A stretch of 64,000 nt of DNA from Octopus vulgaris (GCA_951406725.2 OX597826.1:38936001-39000000), one strand, 5' to 3'. Positions 12,132-25,723 are shown, counted from the stretch's first letter. Notes: generated from the sequence alone by a model not told the origin. Translations and numbers: made by a program.

Positions 12132-13551
12132 CTAGCAGAAGTGCCCAGCGTTGCTCGGGGCTTAATTGCTTTAAAGTACTTTTAATGATTCTACTCAATT
12201 ATGTTTATTGAGGCAAAGTTTACGGCCAACCAATCGATTTGCAACTGGATAGAAAGCCCTGCAAAGAGCATTACAACACTCTCAGAAGTGGGTAACAATA
12301 GAATGTGAGGTGGCCCTGAAAAGGCTGTGTTATCGTTCTCACAATTGTAACAATTTTGTAAGTAGTCATGGAAGGGTGTGTAAAACGTTTGCAGGTGAAT
12401 ACGGTGTCTTCGTTTTCCACCAACGGCAGCGGACATGCTGTTACGAAACTTCAGGCTCTGTGAAAACAGAATAGATGCCCTATGGAGGAAAGAGGGGGAT
12501 TAATCATGGGTAAGTAGATACGGGTAAGTTTGAAAATATACAACAATAGCATCTACTCACCATATGTCGGAGCGTTGAGGAAAGAAATCCCCCCAGCTTT
12601 GTCCCAGACAGAATTGTAGGCGAACTTCTGTTGTGGAAGGAGCTTTGGCTCATTCTCTGCTATGTACTGGGCAAGCTTGTCAAGAGTATAACATGTGCCA
12701 CACAGCAAATCCGAAGACAGTGTGTTTGCGCCTTCCCGGTTTGTTGGAGGTAGGCCATACACCGCCAACGCACTACTGCCCATATTGAGAACAGTAGCTT
12801 CGATTCCAAGCAGCACCCTGTTGTAAATGAGGTCACTGTATCTGACCTCCATTGATGGATTTAGCAACTGATCCTGATGCAGGAAATCTTCAGATATGTA
12901 ATCTTCGTAGGTAAGCCATAAAAAGGCAGGATCACCCAAGTCGCGCCATAGGAGTAGAATAGCGAAAAGCGATCTTAGTCTTTTAGGGGATTTTAAGAAA
13001 ACATCCTCCACCATAGTGGCGCCCTATTGTGAATCGTCCTTGAAAAGTCCACGCCTGAAGCAGGCTTTGCGGAAAGTGTCACATAATTCACTGTCAACAG
13101 TTCTTATGTCTCAAAAGTTTTGTGGGCCGAAAATGTCATGAAGGAGAAGGCACAGGTGAAAATGCAGATGCTGGTTGGAAGATACAGAGTAGACTCTTCT
13201 TAGACAGCTGTTAAACTTGACACTGGGATGTCCTTGAACATCCTCACCTGACTTCCTTTGCACCCAAGTCTTCTTTCATAACACACTAGAAAGGACAGTT
13301 TGAAGTAGATGGTAAATGTTTTTATTTTTCATTCCCTTCGAGAATTTATCCCTAATTAGTGGTTTGGAATTTAACTGTCCATTCTAGCATAAAGGATTCC
13401 TATAATGGAAGCCTCTTAATGTGTTTTAATGTACACTGTATCTTATATGAATAATATATAGTCTATTGACTAATTTTTTTTTTTTTACGCTAGGCCACTG
13501 GTAGTAGAAATTTTCTATAATTTTTATTACCCTGATATTATTTATTATGTG

Positions 13552-13585
<34 letters not shown>

Positions 13586-14468
13586 ACGGGCTTCTTTCAG
13601 TTTCTGTCAACCAAATTCACTCACAATGCTTTAGTGGGCCCGAGGCTATAGTAGAAGACACTTGCTGAAGGTGCCATGCAGTGGGACTGAACCCGGAACC
13701 ATGTTGTTGGTAAGCAAGGTACTTACCGCACAGCCACTCATATGCCTATGGTAGTAAGTAAATGTGTTTTAAAAAAAATTTTGAAAAAACAGTTTGTAGG
13801 GAATAAATGTTTAACTGTCGATTGTATTTGAAAAAGATTGACAGGTATTTGTATATATGTATGAGTATGTATTCTCTGTCCATATATATATATATGGTAG
13901 CAAGTAAATGTGTTTTAAAAAGGATTTTCAAAAAACTCACAGTTTGTAGGGAATAAATGTTTGACTGTCAATCATATTTGAAAAAGATGTGTTGCTATTT
14001 ATTTTCTTTGTTGTTATTTTGGTGAAGAACGGTGTTAGAAATGGGAAGTGAACTTACAATTCCCGCCAATTAAAATGAGGTCATTGGTAACCATAGGTAC
14101 ATATATATGTGTAGATTTACGTAAGATTAGTAGTCTGTTTATTTGACTCTCACTGTTTCTCCTTCCTTTCTGTCTTTTTTCTTGGATCGTTCGTAAACAT
14201 TCATAAGAGAAAGTAGCAGTTTAAAGGAATGGTAGTAGTAAGAGTAAATCACATTGTATTAGAGGGGAAAATGGTTATGTATGTAGTTTTATCGATTTTT
14301 TTTTTTTCGTTATATGGAGTTATTTTGACCAAAAAATGCCCCTATGACCCAAGTTATGGTATTTAGAATATTAATTCCGATTTTTTCATCCACAAAATTT
14401 GGAATTGTGTAAATGTATGAATTTTCAACATACATACACACACAGAGAAAATCTGCCTTTTATAGATA

Positions 14469-14471
<3 letters not shown>
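12132..14471 (-). mobile_element. Internally deleted Helitron with both termini, inserted in the central (TA)n of a SINE
   Basis: Minus-strand 5' end is TCTTATCTATAAAAGG (14471). The 3' end is the hairpin CCCGAGCAACGCTGGG followed by CTAG (12135-12132), with an A|T target. Flanking SINE halves are about 12048-12131 and 14472-14765. Confidence 0.85.
12553..13270 (-). pseudogene. Helitron RepHel fragment (Rep-to-PIF1 helicase linker and helicase motif I start)
   Basis: LLHDIFGPQ...DIRTVD...TFRKACFRRGLFKDD, SPKRLRSLFAILL, DPAFLW, YGLP and QKFAYNSV...GGISFLNAP, with stops present. Confidence 0.85.
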
Positions 14472-14529
<58 letters not shown>

Positions 14530-14784
14530 CACACACACACACACATATATATGTATATATTTGTGTCTGTGTTTATCCCCCCCAACATCGCTTGACAACC
14601 AATGCTGGTGTGTTTATGTCCCCGTAACTTAGCAGTTTGGCAAAATAAACCAATAGAATAAGTGCTAGGCTTACAAAGAATAAGTCCTGGGGTCAATTTG
14701 CTCAACTAAAGGCAGTGCTCCAACATGGCTGCAGTCAAATGACTGAAACAAGTAAAAGAATAAAAGTGTGTGTGTGTGTGTATT

Positions 14785-15745
14785 GTCATCATCATCATTA
14801 TCATCATTTAATGTTCGTTTTCCAAATTGGCATGGGTTGGATGGTTTGACAGGAGCTTGTATGGCTGGTGGGGCCACACCAAGCTCCATTGTCTGTTCTG
14901 GCATTGTTTCTATGGCTGGATGCCCTTCCTAATCCTACCACTTTACAGGGTGTACTGAGTGCTTTTTATGTAACACTAGCACCAGTGCATTTTACATGGC
15001 ACCTACACCAGTATATTTTTCTGCTGTGGTGGATGGGTCTTTTTGAGTACAGCAAGGCACTAGATATCTTGGTCCTTTGTCATCTCATTCGTAAGGCTCA
15101 ATGTCTTTAGATCAACCTTTAGTACTGTATCTTCCTGGGTCTCCCTCTTCTACAAGTTCCATCCACATTAAGTGCTCAACTCTTCTGTATGCAACTGTCT
15201 ACATCCATATGCATCACATGACCAAACCAATACAGTGTTCTATCTTGCATTCTGCATCTAATTCCTCTCATGCCAAACTTTTCTCTCAATACACTAGTGC
15301 TCTGTTGTACATGCACACTGATTTTGCATGTCCAGTGGTGCATGCTATCTTCATTCCTCTCTAGTCTTTGTATATCCTCTGCATTCAGGTCCCATGTCTT
15401 ACTACCATATAGCATTGCTGTTCATAAACTTGCATTATACAGCCTTTCTTTCACTCAAAAGAAGAGACATTTCATTGCTAACAGAGGTAAAAGTTCTCTG
15501 AATTTTCTCCATCCTATTCTTATTGTAGCAATTACACTTTCCATGCATCCCCCCCCCTGCTAATTAGGTTCCCTAGGTTACAGAAATGATCCACTACCTC
15601 TAAAGAGCCTCCAGGGCATTTGAGAAAATCAATTTCTTAAGTATCTATAGTTTTTATGGCTCCTATGCACCTTCCATATACAAAGACTACTTTCTCTGAT
15701 AACCTTTGTACTATCCCATTGCACCTCTTGTGTGTCCTTAGCTTA
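14785..15745 (-). mobile_element. RTE LINE 3' fragment
   Basis: Minus-strand MLYGSKTWDL...RLERNEDSM...LYWFGHVMHM (RTE C-terminal region) and a (GAT)n tail. Confidence 0.8.
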
Positions 15746-15829
15746 CACAGGGTATATCATACACACACACATGTATGTATGTATGTATATGTGTATAAAT
15801 GTATGTATATGTATATATATATGTATATA

Positions 15830-15883
<54 letters not shown>

Positions 15884-15924
15884 TATATATGTATATATAT
15901 ATATATATATATTTTCTTTTTTCT

Positions 15925-16417
<493 letters not shown>

Positions 16418-16419
16418 TC

Positions 16420-16822
16420 ATTTACTTGTTTCAGTCATTTGACTGTGGCCATGCTTGAGCACTGCCTTTAGTCGAGCAAATTGACCCCAGGACTTATTCT
16501 TTGTAAGCCTAGTACTTATTTTATCGGTCTCTTTTGCCGAACCGCTAAGTTACGGGGACGTAAACACACCAGCATCAGTTGTCAAGCGATGTTGGTGGGG
16601 GGATAAACACAACACAAAAATATACACATATATACGACGGGCTTCTTTCAGTTTCCGTCTACCAAATCCACTCACAAGGCTTTGGTCGGTCCAAGGCTAT
16701 AGTAGAAGACACTTGCCCAAGGTGCCATGCAGTGGGACTGAACCCGGAATCATGTGGTGGGTAAGCAAGCTACTTACCACACAGCCACTCCTATGCCTTA
16801 CTACACAGCCACTCCTACGCCT
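16420..16822 (-). mobile_element. Second full-length copy of the same SINE
   Basis: Collinear with 15925-16316 and separated from it by a ~100-bp (TA)n tract. Confidence 0.85.
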
Positions 16823-18799
16823 ATATATATATATATATATAATATATGTATAAAAGAAACAAGTTAAGAATAAAGCTCATTACTTATAATTCCTTTATTA
16901 GAGCAAATTTGGCTTACAGATGTTTCCAGTGGTCATCATAGGTACATTATTACCGATAGGTTTACTCAATTGGTCTATTGATCAACTGAAGTAAATTGAA
17001 CAACCTAAGAAAATTAATACTATTTTCATTAGAGCTATTTCGATGACAGGTGTAGGAACAACAAGCAGGTATATTATTTTAATGCTTTAGAAAAATGGAA
17101 AAGTCTTTTACATTTTGCGCCTACGCTTTTCGACAGAAAGGGTTAAGAGGAAAAAATGGAGAGAGAATGAAAATAAAAAAATGGAGAGAGAATAAAAATT
17201 AAAAACAGAGAGAAAAAAACTGTGTAGAGTTCAGCAGTCCAACATGGTGAGATCAACATGGTGAGATAACTGGAAAAAAAAAAGTTGAATGAAAGGGAGA
17301 TAATAATAAAAATAGTAATGGTGACCTCAATGAACTAAATTGTACAAGCATGTGCATGTATGAGAGAATGGTGTGTGTGAATGTGTGGGTGTGAATGGGG
17401 GCCAGTGAGTCTAACGTGTGTGTGAATGTGTAACGTGTGTTGTGTGTAGCAGTTGATGTGTGCACATGTGTATGTGTGTGTGTGTGTGTGACCAAATAGT
17501 GTGCATGTATGTTTGTGGGTGAAAGTTATCTTTGTCTATGCGTGTTGTGTGTGTGTGTGTGTGTGTATGCATTCAGATATTATGTGCTTGTGTAGATGTG
17601 GGAGTATATATTGTCTGTGCTCTGATTTCAGATTGAGGTCAGCGTTGCCTTTCATCTTTTCTAGGTCAATAAAGAAAATATCAGCTGAGTGTTGGTAAAA
17701 ACCATCTCTCTTTCCAGCTCTCACATTCTGGATGTTCCACTGGGTTAAAGAGAACCAAGAGACCGTTTATGCCTACTTTTGATTATATGAACAAACAATA
17801 AGCAAAAGAATGGTTACATCCTACTCAATCATCCTTGATTCTAAGTGACAGCCATTGTTTGGACTACAACTTATACTCACATCAGATATGATGATGGTTA
17901 CACCAAATATCTTGTTAATTATAGGCTTTATATGGCATTGTGGCATCATTACATCTTTCAAAGCTAATCGTATGTTGTTGGATGTTACACCCTTATTTGT
18001 TCTTTAAAATGCAAGAAGTGCTAAGAATATAAGTTCAGAATTCTCATCCACAGTTTGTTATAAGAAAAATTTAAGAGTATCACTAAATTAAAACTGGTCC
18101 CAGTTCTTGACTGTTCTTTATTTTATCAACTCTGAAAGGTAAAATGACTAAGTTAATCTCAGTGGCATTTCAACACAGAACATTAAGGGCTGGAACTAAT
18201 TAGCAATAATTCTGCCAGTTTAATGCTCTTTTGATTAAAATGGTTGTTCTAATGGTAATTTCATATACAGAACATTATTGAGGTATTAATACTATTTTTT
18301 TTTTTTTACTTCTACTTGTTTCAGTCATTGGACAGCAGCCATGATGGGGCATTGCCTTGAAGGGTTTAGTCAAACAAATCAACCCTAGTGCTTATTATTT
18401 TTAAACCTGGTACTTATTCTCTTGTTCTCTTATGCCAAACCACTAAGTCATAGGGATGCAAAGAAACCAATACCATATTGTCAAGCAGTAGTGGAAGACA
18501 AACACAAACACAGACACATAAATAGACTTTATTCATATAAATATATTCTTCTTTTTATTCTTTTTACTTGTTTCAGTCATTTCATTGCAGCCATGCCGGA
18601 GCACCACTTTTACTTGAACAAATTGACCCCAGGACTTATTCTTTGTAAGCCTAGTACTTATTCTATCGGTCTCTTTTGCTGACTGCTAAGTTACAGGGAC
18701 GTAAACACACCAACATCGGTTGTCAAGCGATGTTGGGAGGACAAACACACACATACACACAAACACATTATATACATATATACATATATATATATATAT

Positions 18800-19860
18800 A
18801 GTGACTTCAGGATCAGGGCTAAATGGATGCCCAGAAGACGACCAGCAAGGAGAAGGGTCTGGAGATTTAAAGATCCTGCAAATGGACAGAGATTTAGAGA
18901 TATATTACTTGAAGCCTTTGACGAAATAGAAGGGGATATAGCTTCACATGGTGTTGAAGACAACTGGAGGTTCCTACAGGACAACCTGCTAAGGGCCACT
19001 GACCAGATCTGTGGGTGGTGCAAAGTCCCCTCTTGACCCAAAATAACGTGGTGGTGGAACAATGTTGTTGACAGGGCTATTAGACAAAAGAAACAGGCTT
19101 GGAAGGACTGACTGGAAGAATGGTGGTAGCAGGGAAGTGTATCAGACTGCCAGAAGGGAAGCTAGGAGGCAGGTTTATTTAGCCAGAGGAGAAGTAGATA
19201 AGAAAAAATTTGCCAATGTTCTACACCGTGAGGACCAAAGACTTGAGGTATTTCGTGTTGCAAGACAGTGTGTGAGAGAGAATCGTGATGTTGTAGGAGA
19301 GAAATGTGTTCGCATGGATGATGGTTCACTTGTGCTAAATGAGGCTGCAAAGAGAGAGGTTTGGAGACGCCACTATGAAAGGTTGCTGAATAAAGAAAAT
19401 GAGTGGGAGAAAGAGAGTCAACAGAGGGATCAGCTATCCGAATTGACAGTACCTTGATAGATAAGGCAATTAGAAGTATGAAGACAAGGAAAGCCCCCGG
19501 CCCATCAGGAATTACTGCAGAGATGCTCAAAATATCTGACAGTGTTGGCTATAGCCTAGTCACCCATATAGTTAGCCAGGTGATACACAAAGGAGTCATA
19601 TCCAATGACTGGTGTAGCAGCATAATAGTCAACTGCTACAAAGGTAAAGGTGATGCTTTAGATACAAATAATTACAGAGGTATCAAGCTGTTGGATCAGG
19701 TAATGAAGGTTACAGAGAGGGTCATAGCCCAACTGATTAGGGAGAGAGTCAGCTTGGATGAGATGCAGTTTGGTTTCATGCCAGAGAAAAGCACCACTGA
19801 TGCCATATTTCTGGTAAGACAGCTGTAGGAGAAATACCAAGCCAAAGATAAGACCCTGTA
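18800..19860 (+). mobile_element. RTE LINE internal fragment (EN-RT linker and RT start)
   Basis: VWRFKDP, TWWWN, KAPGPSGITAEMLK, YKGKGD...NYRGIKLL and QFGFMPEKSTTDAIF, with stops and frameshifts. Confidence 0.9.
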
Positions 19861-22800
19861 CCCATGGTCAGTAGTAATCCTTAATTGAACACCAAAATGT
19901 GAAATCCAACCTGATATGAGGGCTTGCGCCACTGATTCTGCACTGATATTGACCAGAAGGGTGGCTTCAGGCCAACATGGAAAACAGTCAATACAAGTAA
20001 GTATATAAGTGAATCCTCGACTAACCGGCCAAAGACCAACCAAATTAATATGGATGTGTTGGAAACAAGTGTCCAGATTTTTAAAGTGCCGAGAGGTGCA
20101 CAAACATGTCTGTGTACTTTAGAGTACTGGCATTGCAAACAAGAACGCAAACAAGTAGTAATATTCCATCGCAAATTCGGCAAGAAAAAATGAGCTGTAA
20201 TAAGCTTTACTGAAGACACTATGCCAGGATGTGACAAGGTGTGCAAAGTGCTGAAAACAGTCCAACAATGAGATTCAGGAATGAAAGTATGAGGTGAACC
20301 TATAGTAACATCACAGAAAATATCTTGGTCAGCAGTTAACAAGGGAAGGTGGTTGAATTTACAATTTGCAAATTCAACTGACAAAATGTCCAATGAAGTA
20401 AAGAAGGTTGGTCAGCAGCTAATGTGATCAAGTCAATCGAAGAAGTAGATGACAACAAACAGGCTGTAGATACAATAAACCATCAGCAACCACATTATGG
20501 GAACCGGAGATATGCTGGATATTGCCACAAAATTGCAAGATAAAATCAGGATGCAGCGTCTCTCTAGGCAAGTTTTTAATCTGACTTTAAATGTAAAGCG
20601 AAAGTAAGAGGTTTATGATCTGTAAATATAGGGAAATCTCTTCCCTCGAGAAAATGACACAAGTGTTTGACAGCTAGGTAAATCGCTAAGTTCTCTGCCA
20701 GAAGTGCTATAGCGTGTCTTGGCTGGCAAGAATAGAATGCCAAAGGTTGTAGATTTTCTTAATGAGGTTGCTGTAATACAGCACCAACAGCTGAATCAAA
20801 TGCATCAACAGCAAGCAAAAGCTTTTCATCAGATTTGGGGTGTGCCAATAACGATACTTTAGCAAGCTCATTTTTGACAGTTTCAAAAATCTCGGTAAAT
20901 GACGGTGCTAGGGAGATAACCTCATTCTTTTTCTTGTGGTCCTTCAAGAGAGTGATGGGGACCAATTTTTCCACACAGTGTGGGATAAAATGTTGGTAAA
21001 AATTTACCAATTCCAGGAAATGGTGAAGCTGCTTAAGAGGAGTGGAAGCAAAAAGATTCTGAATAGCTTGTACCTTCTTCAGAATGGGTCAAATACCATC
21101 GTCATCAATGATGTGACCCCAAAATTCCAAAGATGAAGAACCAAATACACACGTGGCATAGTTAATTTCCACTTGGTAGTCACTGAGATGCTGGAAAAGC
21201 AGCGTTAGATGCTGAATATGTTCCTCCTTAGAAGAACTGGTGCTGAGTAAGTTATTGATATAAGCATAGGCGAAGTCCAGACCATGAATGACTTCATCTA
21301 TAAACCTCTGGAATGTGCTAGCGGCATTCCACAAACCAAAAGGGATGGAAAGAAATTCAAAGGAACCAAAAGGTGTAGTGACAGCAGTTATTGGTATGTC
21401 ATCCAAGTTTTTGATGATATGCCCGTGTGAGGTCAAAAATGGTGCATCCATGCAAATTGGAAGAAAAATCTGGCAGGTGCATAATGGGATATCTATCCGG
21501 TAGTGTAATAGTATTTAACTGCCTGTAGTCCCCGCCTGGATAAAATCAGTAGATCCTTTTCGAATCAAATGAAAGGGTGAAGAACAGGGGCTAGTTCAAG
21601 GATGAATAAACTTTCATCAGCCTTGTTTTTGTCTGGAGGTAAATGTCGAGGATGAGCAAAATCTGGTGGACTGGTAGTATTGATGAAATGCCTCGTAGAG
21701 TGGACAGGATTACTCATATAGAAATTTAGGTCGGTCAGCTCAGGAAAAGAGTTCAAATGTGTGTGATATGTATCACCTGATACAGCAATGAAAAATAACG
21801 GCCTTACAGTGGGAGTAACTGCTCTGCAACCAGGAATCAATAAATCTGTTGCTATCCAACAAACACTGTCTATGATCATCCATGAGAAGTGAGAAGTGGT
21901 GGAGGACATCTGCCCCAAGAATAGGGTAAGGCAGGTTGGCAATCAGGAAGATCCATTTGAAGTCTCTTTGGAGTGCCAAATCCAGGGAGAGAGATATCCG
22001 TCTGAATAGGCGAATGATTGACGGCTTGGAGTGAAATTTGTGAGAGAGGAGGCCTATCCGTGACAAACTTCACTGGCCATAAGCTGCAGGAAGTACCTGA
22101 GTCAACCAGAAAATGTTTATGTGAGTTGTGGTCTTTGACAAAAAATGCACGATTTGTAGTAGAGCTGCAGGGAACGACTGATGTGCTCGGCATCTTCCAA
22201 GTTAGTTATTCTGGTGAACATAAGAACATGGTGGAATGCATTTCTGCACCTTTGCACACCAAAATGGTCATGGTACCAACAAAAAGCATGTGGCGAGGTG
22301 AGAAACGAAGAATGCCATCCACGACTGGTTGAACAACTGTGACACTGGAAACTTCAGGATGAACACAACCTCTAGACTTGCTTGGTCAGGTTTAAAATAG
22401 CTTCTAGAATTGCAAACTGAGTAGATCTGCTGTTGGCTGGAGCTGTAGCCATTGATGAAGAAGAAGACGTGGCAACGACTCTGTTGGCTGCAGGCAAATT
22501 TCCTGAGAATTGCATAATTTTATCAGCCGAATTACTGATCTGGTCCACTGAATCCCTTCAACAATGGGCGCCAAAATTGCTTGAACATGAGGGATTAGGT
22601 GCAAAAAAAAGTAGCTGCTTAAGAAGAGGGATGTCTTCTAGTGATACGTCTGTTAGGTCACAAATGCAACGAAGAAATTCTGTTGGTCTTCTGTTTCCCA
22701 AATGTTCGTCATTGATGGCGCTCGACAGAAAGAGATGTCCTACTAAGTACTTCATGCTCGATAGATGAATAAGTGGTGTAATCAGGTTCAACTGCTGTAC
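19861..22800 (-). mobile_element. Decayed Ty3/Gypsy internal region (gag-PR-RT-RH-IN)
   Basis: Minus-strand order is gag (RRPTEFLR), protease (FLVDSGTSCSLWP), RT (TPFGSFEFLSIPFGLWNAASTFQRFID), RNase H (AVDAFDSAVGAVLQQ; FTDHKPL), then integrase (SHPG...CLQCQ; YILTCIDCF...WPEA; ITTDHG). No LTRs attached. Confidence 0.92.
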
Positions 22801-23017
22801 TCTTTTGCCACAACTTTCCCTCATTCTTTCTTTCTGTTTTTGTTGAACCTGTAGTTTGAAGGGCCAGACTTGTGACACTCTGTGTCATGCTGAACTACAT
22901 TAAGGGTACATGTGTCTGAGGAGTGCTCAGCCACTTGCACGTTAATTTCATGAGTAGGCTGTTGCATTGATCGGATCAACTGGAACCCTCATCATTGTAA
23001 CCAGTGGAGTGCCACGT

Positions 23018-23055
<38 letters not shown>

Positions 23056-23407
23056 CTCTATATTGAGTGAGAAAACGGTATGGACGGATTTTTGGAGTCC
23101 AATAATACCCTATACGTCCATTGGATTAGGAAGATTTACAAACATACTTTCCCAGTGATACTCAGTTTACCTACCATTATAAATAATACCAAATGTTCTT
23201 TCTCAAACCTTTCATAATGTGATACAAGTCTTTGGTGTAGCAATTGCATGCGGCTGAAGAGGGCTTTTAAACTATCTGTTATGTTGATTATACATTCATG
23301 TAAGAATAAGTTGTTTTATAAAGCTCAAAACATGTTCACTGCGACATCCTTTGTGTCCTGTTTTTCATTTTATTTCATTTGATACATATATATATATATA
23401 TATATGT

Positions 23408-23949
23408 ATAAATAAATATAAGAGAGTGGTCACTATGTGGCTCACTCTAGCACTAGAAATAGATCCAATAGGTTTCAACCACAAAATAAATGTTTCCCAT
23501 GAAAGTCAGCACGATTGTTAGCTCAAACGAACAGGGCAAATAAAAATAACAAAAATACAATTTTTGTTATTTTTATTTGCCCTGTTCGTTTGAGCTAACA
23601 ATCGTGCTGACTTATGCTGTTGAGCTGTTAAGTGAAATTTGGCTATCAAAGAGCTAACAATCGTGCTGACTTTCATGGGAAACTTTTCCTCAGCCATGCA
23701 CTTCTTTTTCTTCCTCAGTCGTTCGTTTCCTTTTCCTGGAACCTCTCTGGAGGGGGAAGTGATGTAATGGTTCATGCAGGCATGGCATGGATTCAATTGT
23801 ATTTTTGTTATTTTTATTTGCCCTGTTCGTTTGAGCTAACAATCGTGCTGACTTTCATGGGAAACATTTATTTTGTGGTTGAAACCTATTGGATCTATTT
23901 CTAGTGCTAGAGTGAGCCACATAGTGACCACTCTCTTATATTTATTTAT
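23408..23949. repeat. 155-bp perfect inverted repeat with mosaic templated spacer
   Basis: 23408-23562 is the reverse complement of 23795-23949. The spacer is made of copies of the arm and of 24965-25118. Confidence 0.92.
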
Positions 23950-24180
23950 GTATAAAATATTATAATATATTATAAAATATTATAATAATCCAGGTTTCTC
24001 TGTGCACTGGGCCACTTGGTGTTGAATCGGGATACTATTAAATTAGTATCTAATTCTCTCACCCTTATTAATTAATTATATATATGTATGTATATATATA
24101 TGATAGGCTTCTTTTCAGTTGCCATCTACCAAACCCACTTACAAGTCTTTGTTCATCCTGGGACTATAGTAAAAAACACT

Positions 24181-25187
24181 TGTAATGGTTGTTGTTAAGG
24201 TGTTGGTTGCCGGTATGCAAGATGGAAGAAGAACAGCAATCGAAATTTTAAAGAAATACTTATTTACTGTTACTTCATATAATGCCTTGCCTTGATGGGC
24301 AAGTGTGTGTACCATACAAAAACAATAGTTATCTTTTCTTGTATGCGGCTGCTGGTTATGTTAGGTCAACTGCTAGATGCCTAACTAGGAATTAGAGGAA
24401 AATAGAGTGAATGTTAAGTGTAGGAAGTCGATAAAATTCATTGTGCCTGACATTTAAACAGCTATGGTGTTATGAGACTCTGTATCATAGTTGACATTCT
24501 CACTGTAAGCCTCTCTCAGTTGAAATATCTCACTAACTAGATTCTGCTTGTGGTCGCCTCCACATCATCTCCTTTTTGACAACCAACCATTTCCTTCAGT
24601 GGTTTTAGTATTTATAATTTTCCAAACTAGTTAGAAGGAGAGACATATTGTTGAGAATGATAGATTTCGTTGGCGGTCTGTTATCTCTATCCTAGCTTTT
24701 GGAGGGCCTAGAAGAGGTTAGAAGGGTTAAATGGCAAAGACATTATTCTTATTTTTAAAATTTTTTTTATTGCCCACAAGGGGCTAAACATAGAGGGGAC
24801 AAACAAGTACAGATTAAGTCGATTACATCGACCCCAGTGCATAACTGGTGCTTAATTTATCGACCCAGAAAGGATGAAAGGCATTATTCTGCTTAGCGAA
24901 GGTATCTGGCAAATGTAACTGCTGTCACTCACAGAAAAAACTATTGTTTTACCGTGAGAAAAGCGCTGTTGAGCTGTTAAGTGAAATTTGGCTATCAAAG
25001 ATTGAATCCATGCCATGCCTGCATGAACCATTACATCACTTCCCCCTCCAGAGAGGTTCCAGGAAAAGGAAACGAACGACTGAGGAAGAAAAAGAAGTGC
25101 ATGGCTGAGGAAAAGTTTTGCATATCAGGAGAGAGGATCATTGTAGAGTATATGGGACAATTTTCTATTCAGATAAGTCCGAATACA
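24181..25187 (-). mobile_element. Solo LTR (~1 kb) inserted in a SINE
   Basis: TGTA...TACA termini with 4-bp TSD CACT/CATT. The SINE consensus GACACTTGCCCAAG is split exactly at the insertion. It contains a SINE tail (24750-24881) with 9-bp TSD CATTATTCT. Strand is inferred from TATA/polyA-like signals. Confidence 0.75.
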
Positions 25188-25289
25188 CATTTACCCAAGA
25201 TGCCATGCAGTGGAACTGAACCCAGAACCATATGGTTAGGAAGCAAACTTCTTACTACAGAAATAAAATATGTAAAATGACAAGATGAT

Positions 25290-25723
25290 AATATATTAGC
25301 ATTGATTAGTGACTCAGACATAAGGGCACAGATTTTGGGAGATGCTAGACTGGATATGTGTGTTGGTTCAAGCAGTAAGATGGAAGTATGCTTTGGCCAG
25401 GTTCCTCACAGGTAAAGAACATAGGTATAAAATCTTGTGTGAAGGCAATAGTAATGGGGTAGGGTGTGTGGGTATTCTTTTAGCTGAGAAATGAGGAGAT
25501 AAGGTGATTAAAGTGGGTAGAGTGTATGATAGGATACTTACACTTAGACTAGTTTTGCAAAATAGAACAGCAACTATTATTTCTGCAAATACAACTCGAC
25601 TGAAATTGCCAGACAAATAAAAAGATCAATTTTTATATCCTTTTGCAGACTTCCTCATTGACAAATGATACTGACCTCATTTTCATGTCTGGTGTTTCCA
25701 ATGGTCATATTGGGTGGCAATGG
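25290..25723 (+). mobile_element. RTE LINE endonuclease 5' part (interrupted by hAT)
   Basis: GVGCVGILLAEK...DRIL...ATIISA and the NGHIG motif of an AP-endonuclease. The sequence resumes after 29172. Confidence 0.7.

Noticed and set aside
24181-25187. LTR as the 5' LTR of the Gypsy at 19861-22800
   Set aside because: It has its own TSD on both sides within a split SINE and no adjoining PBS or internal sequence, so it is a solo insertion.
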